From Promethearchaeota archaeon (GTDB taxonomy: Archaea; Asgardarchaeota; Lokiarchaeia; Sigyniarchaeales; SOKP01), in assembly GCA_019058365.1 (NCBI GenBank), contig JAHPZE010000001.1, forward strand, positions 64,001 to 128,000: 64,000 nucleotides of DNA. Direction: 5' to 3'. Below are positions 61,492 to 64,000 of the stretch, one piece after another. Positions within the stretch are counted from its first letter, which is position 1, and each line of letters begins with the position of its first letter. A program made the translations under genes and the position numbers. The notes beneath the pieces are model-generated. The model did no database searches and had not been told where the DNA came from. It was given only the letters and a program-made list of their open reading frames with translations.

Positions 61492-62784
61492 ATGAAAACT
61501 AAATATACATTCGTATTTTTTTATATGCTGATTTTTCCTTTAAATAATTCATTGGGATTATCTTTTATAACACATTCTACCTCAGCTTTGGCACATCCTC
61601 AGCTATCAACTCCAAATTATGGTGTTTCAAATTTTAATATTTCCCAAAGTGTACAATATGAAGTAGAAATTAATTATACTTTTACTCACACCAAGCTTGA
61701 ATTTCAAACTTACAATTTCAAAGTAGCTAGATTGGATGATCGTCAACCAAATTCAACATTAACACCTTATTGCCCTCCTTATCAGGAAGTCAAGGATTTT
61801 GAAAATTCTATCAATATTACTGGATTTGGAGTTATTGAAGAAGGTTATGTGGATAAATTCAACAATACTTATGATTTATTTAATTCGACGTTATTTTATT
61901 CTCAAACAATAACACTAAACCAACAATATAATATTACTCTCAATGAAATCTATTTTAATGAAATTAATGATGAGGATATTGGAATTTATAATCCAGGTGA
62001 TAATATACATGCATTATATAATGTAACTGAAGAATATTGTGAGTGTAATAATCCAACTTTAATAGCGCTATCTAATAATATTGTAGGTATGGAAAATAAC
62101 ACTGTTGAAAAAGCAAGGAAAATTTTCAATTGGATCGTATCTAATATTGATTATCAGGTGCAAGATGAAGAAATTGGGGCTCTTGAAGCATATAATCAGA
62201 AAAGAGGAGATTGTTCAGATATTTCGGATTTGATGATTACTCTTTTACGCATTCAAAACATTCCAGCAAGAAAGGTAACTGGATTTGTTATTTCTAATAA
62301 TCCTGCATATCGTCCTACTGTTGGTGATAAATATATTTTTGATCTTAATTATAATGGATTAACTCAGACGGCATCATCTACAAATGAAATTTTAGGACAC
62401 GTATGGATGGAGTATTTTATACCTGATATAGGATGGATAGCATGTGATCCTACATGGGGACAAGGATATTTTAATCGAATAGATTTTCTTAGGTTTAGTT
62501 TCAATGTGGGTGCATGGTTTTTCTTACCTGGAGCAACACCTCCTTACAATTATATTTCTGAATTTCCTATTAATCCATCTCCTGTATGCAGCGACCATTC
62601 AGCTTATAATTGGCAATATTCAATCGAAATAACTGTTTTGGAAACTAATCTTAATCCACTGTCTGATTTTCCGATTTTTGCTACTGTAGTTATGATAGTA
62701 GGATTTTGTGCTGTAATCTCATTGATGTTCCTTTTACGAAGTAGAAGGCATAAAAAGCAACTTGAACAATACGCTCAATATTAA
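61492..62784 (+). CDS. Secreted, membrane-anchored transglutaminase-like protein
   Basis: Signal peptide; GDCSD, IPAR, HVWME, DPTWG triad; C-terminal TM helix and basic tail. Confidence 0.9.
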   Translation: MKTKYTFVFFYMLIFPLNNSLGLSFITHSTSALAHPQLSTPNYGVSNFNISQSVQYEVEINYTFTHTKLEFQTYNFKVARLDDRQPNSTLTPYCPPYQEVKDFENSINITGFGVIEEGYVDKFNNTYDLFNSTLFYSQTITLNQQYNITLNEIYFNEINDEDIGIYNPGDNIHALYNVTEEYCECNNPTLIALSNNIVGMENNTVEKARKIFNWIVSNIDYQVQDEEIGALEAYNQKRGDCSDISDLMITLLRIQNIPARKVTGFVISNNPAYRPTVGDKYIFDLNYNGLTQTASSTNEILGHVWMEYFIPDIGWIACDPTWGQGYFNRIDFLRFSFNVGAWFFLPGATPPYNYISEFPINPSPVCSDHSAYNWQYSIEITVLETNLNPLSDFPIFATVVMIVGFCAVISLMFLLRSRRHKKQLEQYAQY

Positions 62785-62800
62785 ATCTTTTTTTATTTTC

Positions 62801-64000
62801 TTAGATATATGTATGAATTAAGTCAACAAGATTTTTTGAAAAATCTGGCAAGTTTTTTTCAATTTTTTCAATTTCAGAAGACTTTTCTAAAAATAGAAGT
62901 AGATACAAATTATATTTCTCGACTGTTATTTTTTTGAAGATTACTTTTTTAGATGTATCAGTAATACCAGATGATACAATAAAATCCTGTTCTAATAATT
63001 TATATTCCTTAAAATTTTTATAAAGGGATTGAAAATGAGGTGCCGAGATTTCAAATACTCTTCCAGAAATTTCTGTTTTGGAGAAACTGGATAAGATTAT
63101 TCCATTTTCATTCAATAATAAAATAGCATCTGAATTTGTTTTTTTAGCAAATTTTTTTAGTTGATTTCTGAATAGTTCACGATTTGGACTTAATTGTGAT
63201 AAACCAAAAGAATATGCTGTAATCAGGCTCCAATGATCAAAAATACTAGTTTGGAAAATTTTAATAAAAAATCTCTCAGAATTCTCCTTAATCCCATCAG
63301 CAATAATTTCTAAGCTTTTAAAGATATCTTCAGAACCTTTTAAGTCAGGATCGAATTTGTTTATGCAAATGACGATTGGAGGAAATTCCTCTAATTCTAC
63401 TAAAGAGTTTAAAAGAGTTCTAAACAATTCAAGAGCCTCATTTATTCTATCTACATCTTGAATATCTATGAAGAAAAACATTAAATCAATATTATATAGA
63501 TAAATTTTACTTTGCTCTAGGAATTTTTCTCGATATTTTTTTTGACCCCCTAAATCCCATACTGATATCAGTGAATTTTGTTCTTCGAAAATATTTTCTT
63601 CAGTTCTCTCAACACCTTTAGTTGGCAAAGCCTTGATGATTTCAGAGTATTTTCTTCTAATGCCATGCACAAAACTAGTCTTTCCCGCCTTATCTAATCC
63701 CGTAAGTAAAATTTTTATTTGTCTTTTTGTTGAAAAGGGATCTTTTAGTTCCATAGCGAACTCGAAAAGCTCTTCTCTTAGATCTTCCATAATGTTTTCT
63801 CTTTCATTATGTTCTTTATTGATTTGAATTAAGTTTGCAGTTTTATCTATGATGATTCTCAAATATTTCATATTCTCATAAAAAAAAACTCTATCATTTT
63901 CATTTATCAAAACAGTAATAGTAGCAGCTAAAGCTTTACCACGAGCTTTTGCATCAGGAATGAGAAAAAAATAAGTTAGACCATTTAGTTTTAGATCAGG
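62801..64000 (-). CDS. Arf/Rag-like small GTPase with C-terminal roadblock domain and N-terminal folliculin-like longin segment (5'-truncated by window edge)
   Basis: Frame open from 64000: PDLKLNGLTYFFLIPDAKARGKALAATITVLINENDRVFFY; G1 GLDKAGKTS, G2 PTKG, G3 WDLGGQ, G4 NKFD, G5 TSIF; roadblock-like SDAILLLNENGIILS. Confidence 0.85.
   Translation of the reverse strand, partial: PDLKLNGLTYFFLIPDAKARGKALAATITVLINENDRVFFYENMKYLRIIIDKTANLIQINKEHNERENIMEDLREELFEFAMELKDPFSTKRQIKILLTGLDKAGKTSFVHGIRRKYSEIIKALPTKGVERTEENIFEEQNSLISVWDLGGQKKYREKFLEQSKIYLYNIDLMFFFIDIQDVDRINEALELFRTLLNSLVELEEFPPIVICINKFDPDLKGSEDIFKSLEIIADGIKENSERFFIKIFQTSIFDHWSLITAYSFGLSQLSPNRELFRNQLKKFAKKTNSDAILLLNENGIILSSFSKTEISGRVFEISAPHFQSLYKNFKEYKLLEQDFIVSSGITDTSKKVIFKKITVEKYNLYLLLFLEKSSEIEKIEKNLPDFSKNLVDLIHTYI

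Noticed and set aside
1-64000. CRISPR arrays, IS elements/integrases, rRNA
   Set aside because: No regularly spaced repeats, transposase/integrase motifs or long GC-rich structural RNA tracts were seen.

Overview
AT-rich (about 30% GC by eye) archaeal chromosome segment, very likely from an Asgard archaeon (Lokiarchaeia-like). The evidence for that: longin/roadblock proteins, an Arf/Rag-like GTPase, a BHB-intron tRNA and a selenocysteine-type split [NiFe] hydrogenase. Energy metabolism: hdrCBA; a group-3 [NiFe] hydrogenase operon (vhuG-vhuA-vhuU-hdrC-hdrB); maturation genes hypC/D/E/F and a cooC-like ATPase; fwdA; ADP-forming acetyl-CoA synthetase; an acetone carboxylase-like operon. Several elements are missing from the ORF track. 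(1) A 49-codon VhuU selenopeptide with an in-frame UGA and a candidate SECIS overlapping its stop. (2) A tRNA-Cys(GCA) with a 33/34 intron and an unusual long variable arm. (3) A 36-aa hyper-acidic Trp-containing microprotein with a strong RBS. (4) An N-terminal extension of the last GTPase gene that resembles the folliculin longin domain, including the 'ARG' arginine-finger motif, which suggests a GAP-GTPase-roadblock fusion. (5) Degenerate genes: a thioesterase with one TGA, a decayed second purF, a receiver domain without its phospho-Asp, and a duplicated hypE 5' end. No CRISPR array, rRNA or transposase was seen. All assignments are from motif recognition by eye; no database searches were run.
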